Source: Pseudomonas aeruginosa (GTDB lineage: Bacteria; Pseudomonadota; Gammaproteobacteria; Pseudomonadales; Pseudomonadaceae). From it: a DNA stretch of 32,000 nt. The stretch covers positions 2,640,001 to 2,672,000 of the forward strand of contig NZ_LN831024.1 in the NCBI RefSeq assembly GCF_001457615.1, written 5' to 3'. Position 1 is the stretch's first letter; each line of letters begins with the position of its first letter. A program made the translations under genes and the position numbers. Positions 25,037 to 32,000 of this stretch are shown piece after piece. The notes beneath the pieces were generated by a model, which was not told the DNA's origin, ran no database searches, and was given only the letters and a program-made list of their open reading frames with translations.

Positions 25037-25352
25037 GCGTTCTCACCCTTGTGCGTTGTCGTTATGGGTGACCCATTCAACGGCCGCGAGCGGGGGCGGG
25101 CTATCCGCTTAGTCGACGATGCGCATCCCGAAAATCCGCAGCCGCCGAGGAGCGGCCGGGGGGCTCGCGGAGGGCTCGGCCGAGGTTCGAGCGGCGCTTG
25201 CGGCGGACGCTTTGTCCGGAAAGTCGGCGAACGCTATCCGGATAGTGGAGGATGCGGGGAGCCGGCCTTGCGCCGGCATATGCCTTGCATTTTGCTGAAA
25301 ACAGAGCGCCAGCAGAGCGCACCCCCAGCCTTGCCGTGTCGAGTGCCGAACC

Positions 25353-26354
25353 ATGATGAGGACCCATCCCGTCGCCGATCGTGGCGATCTCCATGCCGAC
25401 CACCTGGACCTGGCCGCCGCCCGTTCCTGGATGTCGAAGGTCTGCGGGCCGCACCGGCTCGAAGCGGCGAGCCCGGGACTGGTGCAGTTCCAGCACCACG
25501 GCAACGTGCTGAAGTCGATGTGCACCACCCTCGGCTACATCGGCTACGGTACCGACGTCACCATCACCGTCGAGGATGCCGCGGCGTTCAACGCCTACAG
25601 CCTGAGCCTGCCACTCAGCGGCGAGCAGGAGCTGTGCCGGGGCGGGCTGCGCCTGCTCTCCGACGTCCGCCGCGGGGTGATCATCGCGCCCAACGAGCGC
25701 CAGGAGCTGAGCATCGCCGGGGACTGCCGCAAGCTGCAGGTGGTGATCGGCCGCACGGCGATGCGCAAGGTCCTGGAGGAGATGTTGCAGCGGCCGATCG
25801 ATACGCCCTTGCGCTTCGATCCGGAGATGGATGCCCTGGACGGCGCCTCCGCGTCCTGGTGGCGCACCGTGCGGCACATCAGCGAGGAGATGGCGCGCAG
25901 CGAACTCTACGCCCAGGCGTTTTTCAGCAGCGACCTGGAACGCGCGCTGATCAAGGGACTGATCCTGGCCCAGCCGAACAACTACAGCGAGGCCCTGCAG
26001 CAGGGCCTTGGCGGGCGCCCGCCGCACTACCTGCTGCGCGCCCGCGAGTTTCTCCAGGCCAACGCCCGCGAGACCCTGAGCCTGGAGGACGTGGAACGCG
26101 CCGCCGGGGTCTCGCGGTTCAAGCTGTTCGAGGGCTTCCGTCGCTACTTCGGGGTGTCGCCGATGAGCTACCTGAAGCACTACCGGCTCGCCGCGGTGCG
26201 CGAGGAGATCCTCGCCAGCGGCGGCGCCCGCAGCATCTCGACGATCGCCCTGGGCTGGGGCTTCAGCCACCTCGGACGCTTCTCCGTGGACTACCGCAAG
26301 CGCTTCGAGGAAACCCCGAGCATGACCCAGCGCCGCGCTGCGCGGCGCTCCTGA
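25353..26354 (+). CDS. antR: AraC/XylS-family transcriptional regulator of antABC (333 aa)
   Basis: AraC-type C-terminal HTH (LSLEDVERAAGVSRFKLFEGFRRYFGVSPMSYLKHYRLAAVREEILASGG...); divergent from antABC. Confidence 0.92.
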   Translation: MMRTHPVADRGDLHADHLDLAAARSWMSKVCGPHRLEAASPGLVQFQHHGNVLKSMCTTLGYIGYGTDVTITVEDAAAFNAYSLSLPLSGEQELCRGGLRLLSDVRRGVIIAPNERQELSIAGDCRKLQVVIGRTAMRKVLEEMLQRPIDTPLRFDPEMDALDGASASWWRTVRHISEEMARSELYAQAFFSSDLERALIKGLILAQPNNYSEALQQGLGGRPPHYLLRAREFLQANARETLSLEDVERAAGVSRFKLFEGFRRYFGVSPMSYLKHYRLAAVREEILASGGARSISTIALGWGFSHLGRFSVDYRKRFEETPSMTQRRAARRS

Positions 26355-26362
26355 GAGGGCGT

Positions 26363-27235
26363 TCAGGCGTCCTCGCGGCCGATCAGCGCCAGGCAGCGCC
26401 GCAGGTGCGGGGAGCCGTCGCCCTGGCGCCGGCTGACGATGATCGGCGAGGTCAGGGAGGCGTCGGCCAGGGCCTGGTAGGCGACGTCGTCGCGGTGCTG
26501 CAACTGCACCGAGGCCGGCACCAGGGTCGCGCCGAGTCCGGCGGCGACCAGGCCGATGGCGGTCTGCATCTCGTTGGCCCATTGCGTCACGCGCAGGCTC
26601 AGGCCGTGGGTGGCGAACAGCGCCAGCACGTGGTCGGCGTAGCTCGGCCGCGGCTGGCCGGGGTAGAGCACGAACGGCTCGCGCGACAGGCGCTCCAGGC
26701 TCAGCGGCTGGCCGAGCAACGGGTGCCCGGCGGGCAGGGCGGCGACCAGCGGCTCTTCGCTGAGCACGCTCTGGCGGATCGCCGGGTCGTCGATGCGGAT
26801 GCGTCCGAAACCGATGTCGATACGCCCGCTCTTCAGCGCCTCGACCTGTTGCAGGGTGGTCATCTCCAGCAGGCCCAGCTCCAGCTCCGGGTCGCCGCGC
26901 AGGTGGCGGATCAGCTCCGGCAGCACGCCATACAGCGCCGAGGGCACGAAGCCGATGCCGAACCACTGGCGCTGGCCCTGGCCGATCCGCCGGGTGCTGT
27001 CGCAGATGCTTTCCAGTTGGTCCAGGAGCGTCGCGCTCTGTTCGTGGAAGAAGCGCCCGGCTTCGGTCAGGCGCAGCGGCCGGCCGCGCTCCAGCAGGGC
27101 CACCCCGAGCATTTCCTCGAGTTGCTGGATCTGCCGGCTCAGCGGTGGCTGGGCGATGTGCAACTGCTCGGCGGCGCGGGTGAAGTTGAGGGTCCGGGCC
27201 AGCGCCTGGAAGTAGCGCAGGTGACGAAGCTCCAT
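26363..27235 (-). CDS. catR: LysR-family regulator CatR (290 aa)
   Basis: MELRHLRYFQALARTLNFTRAAEQLHIAQPPLSRQIQQLEEMLGVALLER: LysR HTH; divergent from catB. Confidence 0.94.
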   Translation of the reverse strand: MELRHLRYFQALARTLNFTRAAEQLHIAQPPLSRQIQQLEEMLGVALLERGRPLRLTEAGRFFHEQSATLLDQLESICDSTRRIGQGQRQWFGIGFVPSALYGVLPELIRHLRGDPELELGLLEMTTLQQVEALKSGRIDIGFGRIRIDDPAIRQSVLSEEPLVAALPAGHPLLGQPLSLERLSREPFVLYPGQPRPSYADHVLALFATHGLSLRVTQWANEMQTAIGLVAAGLGATLVPASVQLQHRDDVAYQALADASLTSPIIVSRRQGDGSPHLRRCLALIGREDA

Positions 27236-27236
27236 G

Positions 27237-27251
27237 ATACCTCCAGGGTAT
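27237..27251. promoter_or_regulatory. Candidate CatR operator (LysR box)
   Basis: ATACCTCCAGGGTAT = ATAC-N7-GTAT (perfect 4-bp arms, T-N11-A) directly upstream of the catR start and within the catR-catB intergenic region; same form as the described CatM/BenM consensus. Confidence 0.75.
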
Positions 27252-27396
27252 GGTTCGAGAGGAAGATGATATTGGACCCCAGTGAAGAAGGCGATGGATG
27301 CTTGGCCGAAACGACGGCGAAACCTGCTCGGTATCGAGCGAGCCTTGAGCGGCGAACCGTCGAAAACCCAACCGCAACCCTGGTGGACCCCCGAGA

Positions 27397-28518
27397 ATGA
27401 GCCAAGCCGTGATCCAAAGCCTCGAGTCGATCATCGTCGACCTGCCGACCATCCGCCCGCACAAGCTGGCCATGCACACCATGAACCGGCAGACCCTGGT
27501 GATCCTCCGCCTGCGTTGCAGCGACGGCATCGAGGGCCTCGGCGAAGCCACCACCATCGGTGGCCTGGCCTACGGCAGCGAGAGCCCGGAGAGCATCAAG
27601 AGCAATCTCGACGCGCATTTCGCCCCGTTGCTGCTGGGCCAGCCGGCGGACAACGTGAATGCCGCGATGCAGCGCCTGGACCGGCACATCAGGGGCAACA
27701 CCTTCGCCCGCTCGGCGGTCGAGACCGCCTTGCTCGACGCCCATGGCAAGCGCCTCGGCCTGGCCGTCAGCGAACTGCTCGGCGGCCGCCTGCACGACAG
27801 CCTGGAGGTGGCCTGGACCCTGGCCAGCGGCGACACCGGCCGCGACATCGAGGAAGCCGAGCGGATGCTCGACCTGCGCCGCCACCGGCATTTCAAGCTG
27901 AAGATCGGCGCCGGTGAGGTGGATGCCGACGTGGCCCACGCGATCGCCATCAAGCGCGCCCTCGGCGAGCGCGCCAGCGTGCGGGTGGACGTCAACCAGG
28001 CCTGGGACGAAGGCGTTGCCCAGCGTGCCTGCGCGACGCTCGGCGACAACGGCATCGCCCTGATCGAACAGCCCATCGCCCGCCACAACCGCGTCGGCCT
28101 GGCGCGCCTGAGCAGCCGCGGCGGCGCGCCGATCATGGCCGACGAGGCCATCGAGAGCGTCGAGGATGCCTTCCATCTGGCTCGCGAGGGCGCCGCCCCG
28201 GTGTTCGCCCTGAAGATCGCCAAGAACGGCGGACCGCGCGCGGTGCTGCGTAGCGCGGCGATCGCCGAGGCGGCCGGGATCGGCCTGTACGGCGGGACCA
28301 TGCTCGAGGGCGGCATCGGCACCCTGGCCGCCGCCCACGCCTTCGTCACCCTCGACCGCCTGGCCTGGCACAGCGAACTGTTCGGCCCGTTGCTGCTGAC
28401 CGAGGACATCCTCCTCGAGTCGCCGCGCTACCAGGACTTCCACTTGCACGTGCCGCGTGCGCCGGGTCTCGGCCTGGCGCTCGACGAGGAGCGCCTGGCG
28501 CGCTTCCGCCGGCGCTGA
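27397..28518 (+). CDS. catB: Muconate cycloisomerase (373 aa)
   Basis: MSQAVIQSLESIIVDLPTIRPHKLAMHTMNRQTLVILRLRCSDGIEGLGEATTIGGLAYG...: enolase superfamily, MLE subgroup. Confidence 0.95.
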   Translation: MSQAVIQSLESIIVDLPTIRPHKLAMHTMNRQTLVILRLRCSDGIEGLGEATTIGGLAYGSESPESIKSNLDAHFAPLLLGQPADNVNAAMQRLDRHIRGNTFARSAVETALLDAHGKRLGLAVSELLGGRLHDSLEVAWTLASGDTGRDIEEAERMLDLRRHRHFKLKIGAGEVDADVAHAIAIKRALGERASVRVDVNQAWDEGVAQRACATLGDNGIALIEQPIARHNRVGLARLSSRGGAPIMADEAIESVEDAFHLAREGAAPVFALKIAKNGGPRAVLRSAAIAEAAGIGLYGGTMLEGGIGTLAAAHAFVTLDRLAWHSELFGPLLLTEDILLESPRYQDFHLHVPRAPGLGLALDEERLARFRRR

Positions 28519-28549
28519 AGCCGTCCCGCAGACAGAGGAGAAACGACCG

Positions 28550-28840
28550 ATGCTGTTCCACGTGAAGATGACCGTGACGTTGCCCGTCGACATGGACCCG
28601 CAACAGGCCGAGCGGCTCAAGGCCGAGGAGAAGGAAATGGCCCAGCGCCTCCAGCGCGAGGGCAGCTGGCGGCACCTCTGGCGGATCGCCGGGCACTACG
28701 CCAACTACAGCCTGTTCGACCTGCCCAGCGTCGAGGCGCTGCACGACACCCTGACCCGGCTGCCGCTGTTTCCCTACATGGACATCGAGATCGACGGGCT
28801 TTGCCGGCATCCCTCGTCGATCCATGCCGACGACCGCTGA
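28550..28840 (+). CDS. catC: Muconolactone delta-isomerase (96 aa)
   Basis: ATG at 28550 (MLFHVKMTVTLPVDMDPQQAERLKAEEKEMAQRLQREGSWRHLWRIAGHYANYSLFDL...); GAGGAG upstream. Confidence 0.95.
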   Translation: MLFHVKMTVTLPVDMDPQQAERLKAEEKEMAQRLQREGSWRHLWRIAGHYANYSLFDLPSVEALHDTLTRLPLFPYMDIEIDGLCRHPSSIHADDR

Positions 28841-28861
28841 GATTCCCTTCCCACGCCCGAC

Positions 28862-28870
28862 AACAACAAG
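28862..28870 (+). promoter_or_regulatory. Candidate Crc/Hfq A-rich motif in the catA leader
   Basis: AACAACAAG (AANAANAAN), 14 nt upstream of the catA ATG in the catC-catA gap. Confidence 0.55.
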
Positions 28871-28884
28871 CAGAGGCAAACGCC

Positions 28885-29817
28885 ATGACCGTGAAGATTT
28901 CCCAGACTGCCGATGTCCAGCGCTTCTTCGAAGAGGCCAGCGGCCAGCTCAACGAACGCGGCGATCCGCGCACCAAGGCCCTGGTGCGGCGCATCCTCGA
29001 CGACACGGCGAAGTTGATCGAAGAGATGCAGGTCACGCCCGACGAATTCTGGAAAGCGGTGGACTACCTGAACCGCCTGGGCAGCCGCCAGGAGGCCGGC
29101 CTGCTGGCCGCCGGGCTGGGCCTGGAGCATTACCTGGACCTGCTGCTCGACGCCCAGGACGCCGAGGCCGGCCTCACCGGCGGCACGCCGCGCACCATCG
29201 AAGGGCCGCTGTACGTCGCCGGCGCGCCGCTGAGCGACGGCGAGGCACGGATGGACGACGGCCGCGACCCCGGCACCGTGATGTTCCTCCAGGGCCGCGT
29301 CAGCGGTCCCGACGGCCAGCCGCTGGCCGGAGCCATCGTCGACGTCTGGCACGCCAATACCCAAGGCACCTATTCCTACTTCGACAGCAGTCAGTCCGAA
29401 TACAACCTGCGCCGGCGCATCCGCACCGACGCCGACGGCCGCTACCGTGCGCGCAGCATCGTGCCCTCCGGCTACGGTTGCCCGAGCGACGGCCCGACCC
29501 AGGAGCTGCTCGACCGCCTCGGCCGCCACGGCCAGCGGCCGGCGCACATCCACTTCTTCGTCTCGGCGCCCGGCCATCGCCACCTGACCACCCAGATCAA
29601 CCTGGCGGGCGACCGCTACCTGTGGGACGACTTCGCCTATGCCACCCGCGATGGGCTGATCGGCGACCTGCGCTTTAACGACGACCCCGCCGCGGCCCGC
29701 GACCGCGGCGTGGAGGGCGGACGCTTCGCCGAACTGGATTTCGACTTCCAGCTCCAGTCCAGCCCGGCGCCCGCCGCCGAGCGCCGCAGCCAGCGGCCGC
29801 GGGCATTGCAGGAGTAA
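28885..29817 (+). CDS. catA: Catechol 1,2-dioxygenase (310 aa)
   Basis: ATG at 28885 (MTVKISQTADVQRFFEEASGQLNERGDPRTKALVRRILDDTAKLIEEMQVTPDEFWKAVDYLNRLG...), intradiol dioxygenase; ...GYGCPSDGPTQELLDRLGRHGQRPAHIHFFVSAPGHRHLTTQINLAGD. Confidence 0.95.
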   Translation: MTVKISQTADVQRFFEEASGQLNERGDPRTKALVRRILDDTAKLIEEMQVTPDEFWKAVDYLNRLGSRQEAGLLAAGLGLEHYLDLLLDAQDAEAGLTGGTPRTIEGPLYVAGAPLSDGEARMDDGRDPGTVMFLQGRVSGPDGQPLAGAIVDVWHANTQGTYSYFDSSQSEYNLRRRIRTDADGRYRARSIVPSGYGCPSDGPTQELLDRLGRHGQRPAHIHFFVSAPGHRHLTTQINLAGDRYLWDDFAYATRDGLIGDLRFNDDPAAARDRGVEGGRFAELDFDFQLQSSPAPAAERRSQRPRALQE

Positions 29818-29833
29818 GGTGGGAAACGGGGAG

Positions 29834-29867
29834 GGCGGCTGGTCGCTGGCGACCATGCCGCCTTCTT
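29834..29867 (+). terminator. Probable terminator after catA
   Basis: GGCGGC-TGGTCGC / GCGACCA-t-GCCGCC stem with a single T bulge, followed by TTCTT. Confidence 0.6.
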
Positions 29868-29888
29868 CCGCCAGGCGCGACGGCGGAT

Positions 29889-29914
29889 AAAAAAAGGCGC
29901 CATGACTGGCGCCT
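29889..29914 (-). terminator. Rho-independent terminator for the small - strand gene at 29975..30193
   Basis: AGGCGCCA-TGAC-TGGCGCCT (8-bp perfect stem), followed on the - strand by TTTTTT. Confidence 0.85.
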
Positions 29915-29974
29915 CAGGACTTGTCCAAAGGAGCAACCCAAAAAGGACAAGTGTATTGCTCGGTGAAAGGCTGC

Positions 29975-30193
29975 TCAGCCGTTGCCGTTCTTGCGCTCGG
30001 CGCATTTGCTGCGGTCGGTCTTCTGCGCTTGCGCTTCCAGTTGTTGCTTCTGCAGGCGCTTTTCGCGCAGTTCTTTCTGCGCGGCGCGGAATTCGGCGTT
30101 GTACTGCCAGGAGCGTTCGCTGCCGTCCTGGGCCTGGGCAGTGGCGGCGCCGGTCGCCAGCAGGGCGGCCAGCAGCATCGGGATGATCTTCAT
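29975..30193 (-). CDS. Small secreted/periplasmic protein of unknown function (72 aa)
   Basis: MKIIPMLLAALLATGAATAQAQDGSERSWQYNAEFRAAQKELREKRLQKQQLEAQAQKTDRSKCAERKNGNG: clear signal peptide (Ala-x-Ala cleavage region), charged coiled-coil-like mature part; own terminator downstream. Confidence 0.8.
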   Translation of the reverse strand: MKIIPMLLAALLATGAATAQAQDGSERSWQYNAEFRAAQKELREKRLQKQQLEAQAQKTDRSKCAERKNGNG

Positions 30194-30518
30194 GGCAAAC
30201 CTCTCGGGTTGGCTCGTCGCCGGGGCGAGGTATTCGTCCCGTTTGAGCAAAGAGTAAGAGCGGACGGATTACCCGAGGGTGAGTGGAAAATTACGTTTCC
30301 GATAACTTCGGCGATGCTCCGTTGCATGGCGGAGGAGTCTGCGCGAAGCGCATTAAGTGCGAGTTAAGATTGCGGAAAAGTAATCCCCGCCTCATGTCTG
30401 CGTCATTTCCCCGGTTCCAGAATCAGCCCCACGGTCAATGCCGGTTGCGGCAGGACTGCGCGGGGGCGCGATCGACCAGAAGTTCACGCACAGCCAGCGC
30501 CGCAAGGCATGGCCGCAG

Positions 30519-30527
30519 AAGAAAAAC
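30519..30527 (+). promoter_or_regulatory. A-rich Crc/Hfq-like (AANAANAAN) motif upstream of opdT
   Basis: AAGAAAAAC, about 29 nt upstream of the preferred opdT start. Confidence 0.25.
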
Positions 30528-30555
30528 AGACATGAACCGATCTGGAGCAATCGCC

Positions 30556-31902
30556 ATGCAAGGGGATGGAAAGAAACGACTGTGGACGCTTCCACTGCTG
30601 CTGGGCGCCGGACTGATGGCCTCGGCCGTCGCCGAGGAGAACGCCGAGCGGAGCAAGGAAGGTTTCATCGAGGGCAGCGAGGTCAACCTGCTGCTGCGCA
30701 ACTTCTACTTCAACCGCGACTTCCGCAAGGGCCAATCGAGCCCGGCGGGCGGCGGCTACACCGAGGAGTGGGTGCAGGGCTTCATGGCCAACTTTTCCTC
30801 GGGCTTCACCCAGGGCACGCTGGGCGTCGGCATCGACGCCTTCGCCCAGCTCGGCGTGCGCCTGGACAGCGGCGGCGGGCGTTCCGGCGCCGGCGGTAGC
30901 GTCGACCTGCTGCCCTATGACGACCAGGGGCGGCCGCAGGACGACTATTCGCGAGCCGGCGGCGCGGTCAAGCTGCGCTGGTACGGCACCGTGCTGCGGG
31001 TCGGCGACGTGTTCCCGGAAACCCCGGTGATCCAGTACGGCAACAGCCGGCTGTTCCCCTCCAGCTTCCGTGGCTTCACCCTGGTCAACGACAGCCTGGC
31101 GAAGGGCCTGACCCTGCAGGCCGGCAAGCTGAACTCGATGACCCAGCCGAACAGCACCAGCGGCAGCGACGACTTCTACAGCTTCTACACCGGCCGGCGC
31201 ATCGACTCGCCGTGGGTCGCCTACGCCGGCGGCGACTACCAGGCCACCGAGCACTGGAGCGTCAGCCTCTACGGCAGCCGCCAGAAGGACGCCTGGGACC
31301 AGTACTACGCCGGCACCAGCTTCAACTATCCGCTGGACGACAAGCTGTCCCTGCTCGGCGGCGCCAACTACTACAAGGTCAAGGACCAGGGCAGGCAGGT
31401 GATGGGCGAACTCGACAACGACATCTGGAGCGTGCGCGGCGGCTTCGCCTACGGTCCGCACCAGGTGCTGCTGTCGTACCAGCGCAACAACGGCGACGAC
31501 GACTTCGACTACCTGCGCCAGACCGACTCCATCTACCTGGACAACTCGATCCAGTACAGCGACTTCAACTCGCCCAAGGAACGCTCGCTGATGCTCCGCT
31601 ACGACCTCGACATGGCCGCCTTCGGCGTGCCGGGGCTGAGCTTCATGACCCGCTATGGCAAGGGCTGGGACGCCGATTATTCGAATGCCAACAGCGTCTA
31701 CATGCGCACCGACGCCAACGGCAACCCGCTGACCAACCAGGGCCGCTGGGAACGCGACGTGGAGGTCAAGTACGTGGTGCAGGGTGGCGCGGCCAAGGAC
31801 CTGGCGTTCCGCGTGCGCCAGGCCACCGTGCGCTCCGACAGCTTCGAGTCGGACCTCGACGAAGTCCGCCTGATCGTCGAATACCCGCTGCAAGTCCTCT
31901 GA
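30556..31902 (+). CDS. opdT: OprD-family outer-membrane porin, OpdT-like (448 aa from ATG 30556; alternative ATG 30532)
   Basis: MQGDGKKRLWTLPLLLGAGLMASAVAEENAERSKEGFIEGSEVNLLLRNFYFNRDFR...: signal peptide plus OprD-family start; ends EVRLIVEYPLQVL. GGAG (30544-30547) favours ATG 30556. Confidence 0.9.
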   Translation: MQGDGKKRLWTLPLLLGAGLMASAVAEENAERSKEGFIEGSEVNLLLRNFYFNRDFRKGQSSPAGGGYTEEWVQGFMANFSSGFTQGTLGVGIDAFAQLGVRLDSGGGRSGAGGSVDLLPYDDQGRPQDDYSRAGGAVKLRWYGTVLRVGDVFPETPVIQYGNSRLFPSSFRGFTLVNDSLAKGLTLQAGKLNSMTQPNSTSGSDDFYSFYTGRRIDSPWVAYAGGDYQATEHWSVSLYGSRQKDAWDQYYAGTSFNYPLDDKLSLLGGANYYKVKDQGRQVMGELDNDIWSVRGGFAYGPHQVLLSYQRNNGDDDFDYLRQTDSIYLDNSIQYSDFNSPKERSLMLRYDLDMAAFGVPGLSFMTRYGKGWDADYSNANSVYMRTDANGNPLTNQGRWERDVEVKYVVQGGAAKDLAFRVRQATVRSDSFESDLDEVRLIVEYPLQVL

Positions 31903-32000
31903 AGGCGCGCCGCCGCCCCGTCCGGGGCGGCGCTCTGCGACAGCCCGTTGCTGGCGGCTGCGCGGCGGCGCTGCTACTTTCCTCTGGGTAGGCGGGCCGA

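Noticed and set aside
23154-25046. 630-aa single ORF on the - strand
   Set aside because: Only the C-terminal 163 aa (antB) is real; the upstream portion is an off-frame reading through antA.
25261-25277. GCCGGC-cttgc-GCCGGC hairpin upstream of antR as a terminator or attenuator
   Set aside because: Short GC stem without a T tract on either strand; such palindromes are common by chance at this GC content.
23708-27400. 1230-aa + strand ORF spanning antA, antR and catR
   Set aside because: Runs antisense to antA and catR and out of frame with antR; composition typical of a shadow ORF.
30283-30555. N-terminal extension of the opdT ORF (start at 30283)
   Set aside because: Extension MENYVSDNFGDAPLHGG... 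precedes a clear signal peptide; porin export requires it near the N-terminus. Internal start 30556 has an SD (GGAG).
31911-31932. CGCCGCCCCG-tc-CGGGGCGGCG hairpin after opdT as an intrinsic terminator
   Set aside because: Perfect 10-bp stem but only a 2-nt formal loop and no following T tract; could stall or be rho-assisted, but not supported as an intrinsic terminator.

Overview
The window looks like an ordinary Pseudomonas aeruginosa-type core-genome segment (GC-rich; gene order matches the muxABC-opmB / czcRS-czcCBA / xylS-xylXYZL / antABC-antR / catR-catBCA / opdT region, from memory of PAO1). On the + strand it opens with the 3' end of a periplasmic adaptor gene (muxA), then two RND pump genes (muxB, muxC) and the outer-membrane channel opmB. 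Next come a small, possibly unannotated membrane ORF and the czcS/czcR two-component system (- strand), divergent from the czcCBA metal efflux operon (+). These are followed by a XylS/BenR-type AraC regulator with benABCD (xylXYZL; benzoate to catechol), antABC (- strand; anthranilate to catechol) with the AraC-family regulator antR, and the LysR-family catR divergent from catBCA (catechol ortho-cleavage). The window ends with a small secreted protein gene (- strand) and an OprD-family porin (opdT-like). I see no mobile elements, CRISPR array, phage genes, defence system or RNA genes, and no evidence for a previously undescribed system. The observations most worth checking are regulatory or small-scale: a 21-bp-period XylS/BenR-type direct repeat, a perfect ATAC-N7-GTAT CatR-type site beside catR, A-rich Crc/Hfq-like motifs in several leaders, inverted repeats in the czcR-czcC intergenic region, palindromes in the antA-antR intergenic region, an 84-aa membrane ORF, and very tight convergent operon ends.
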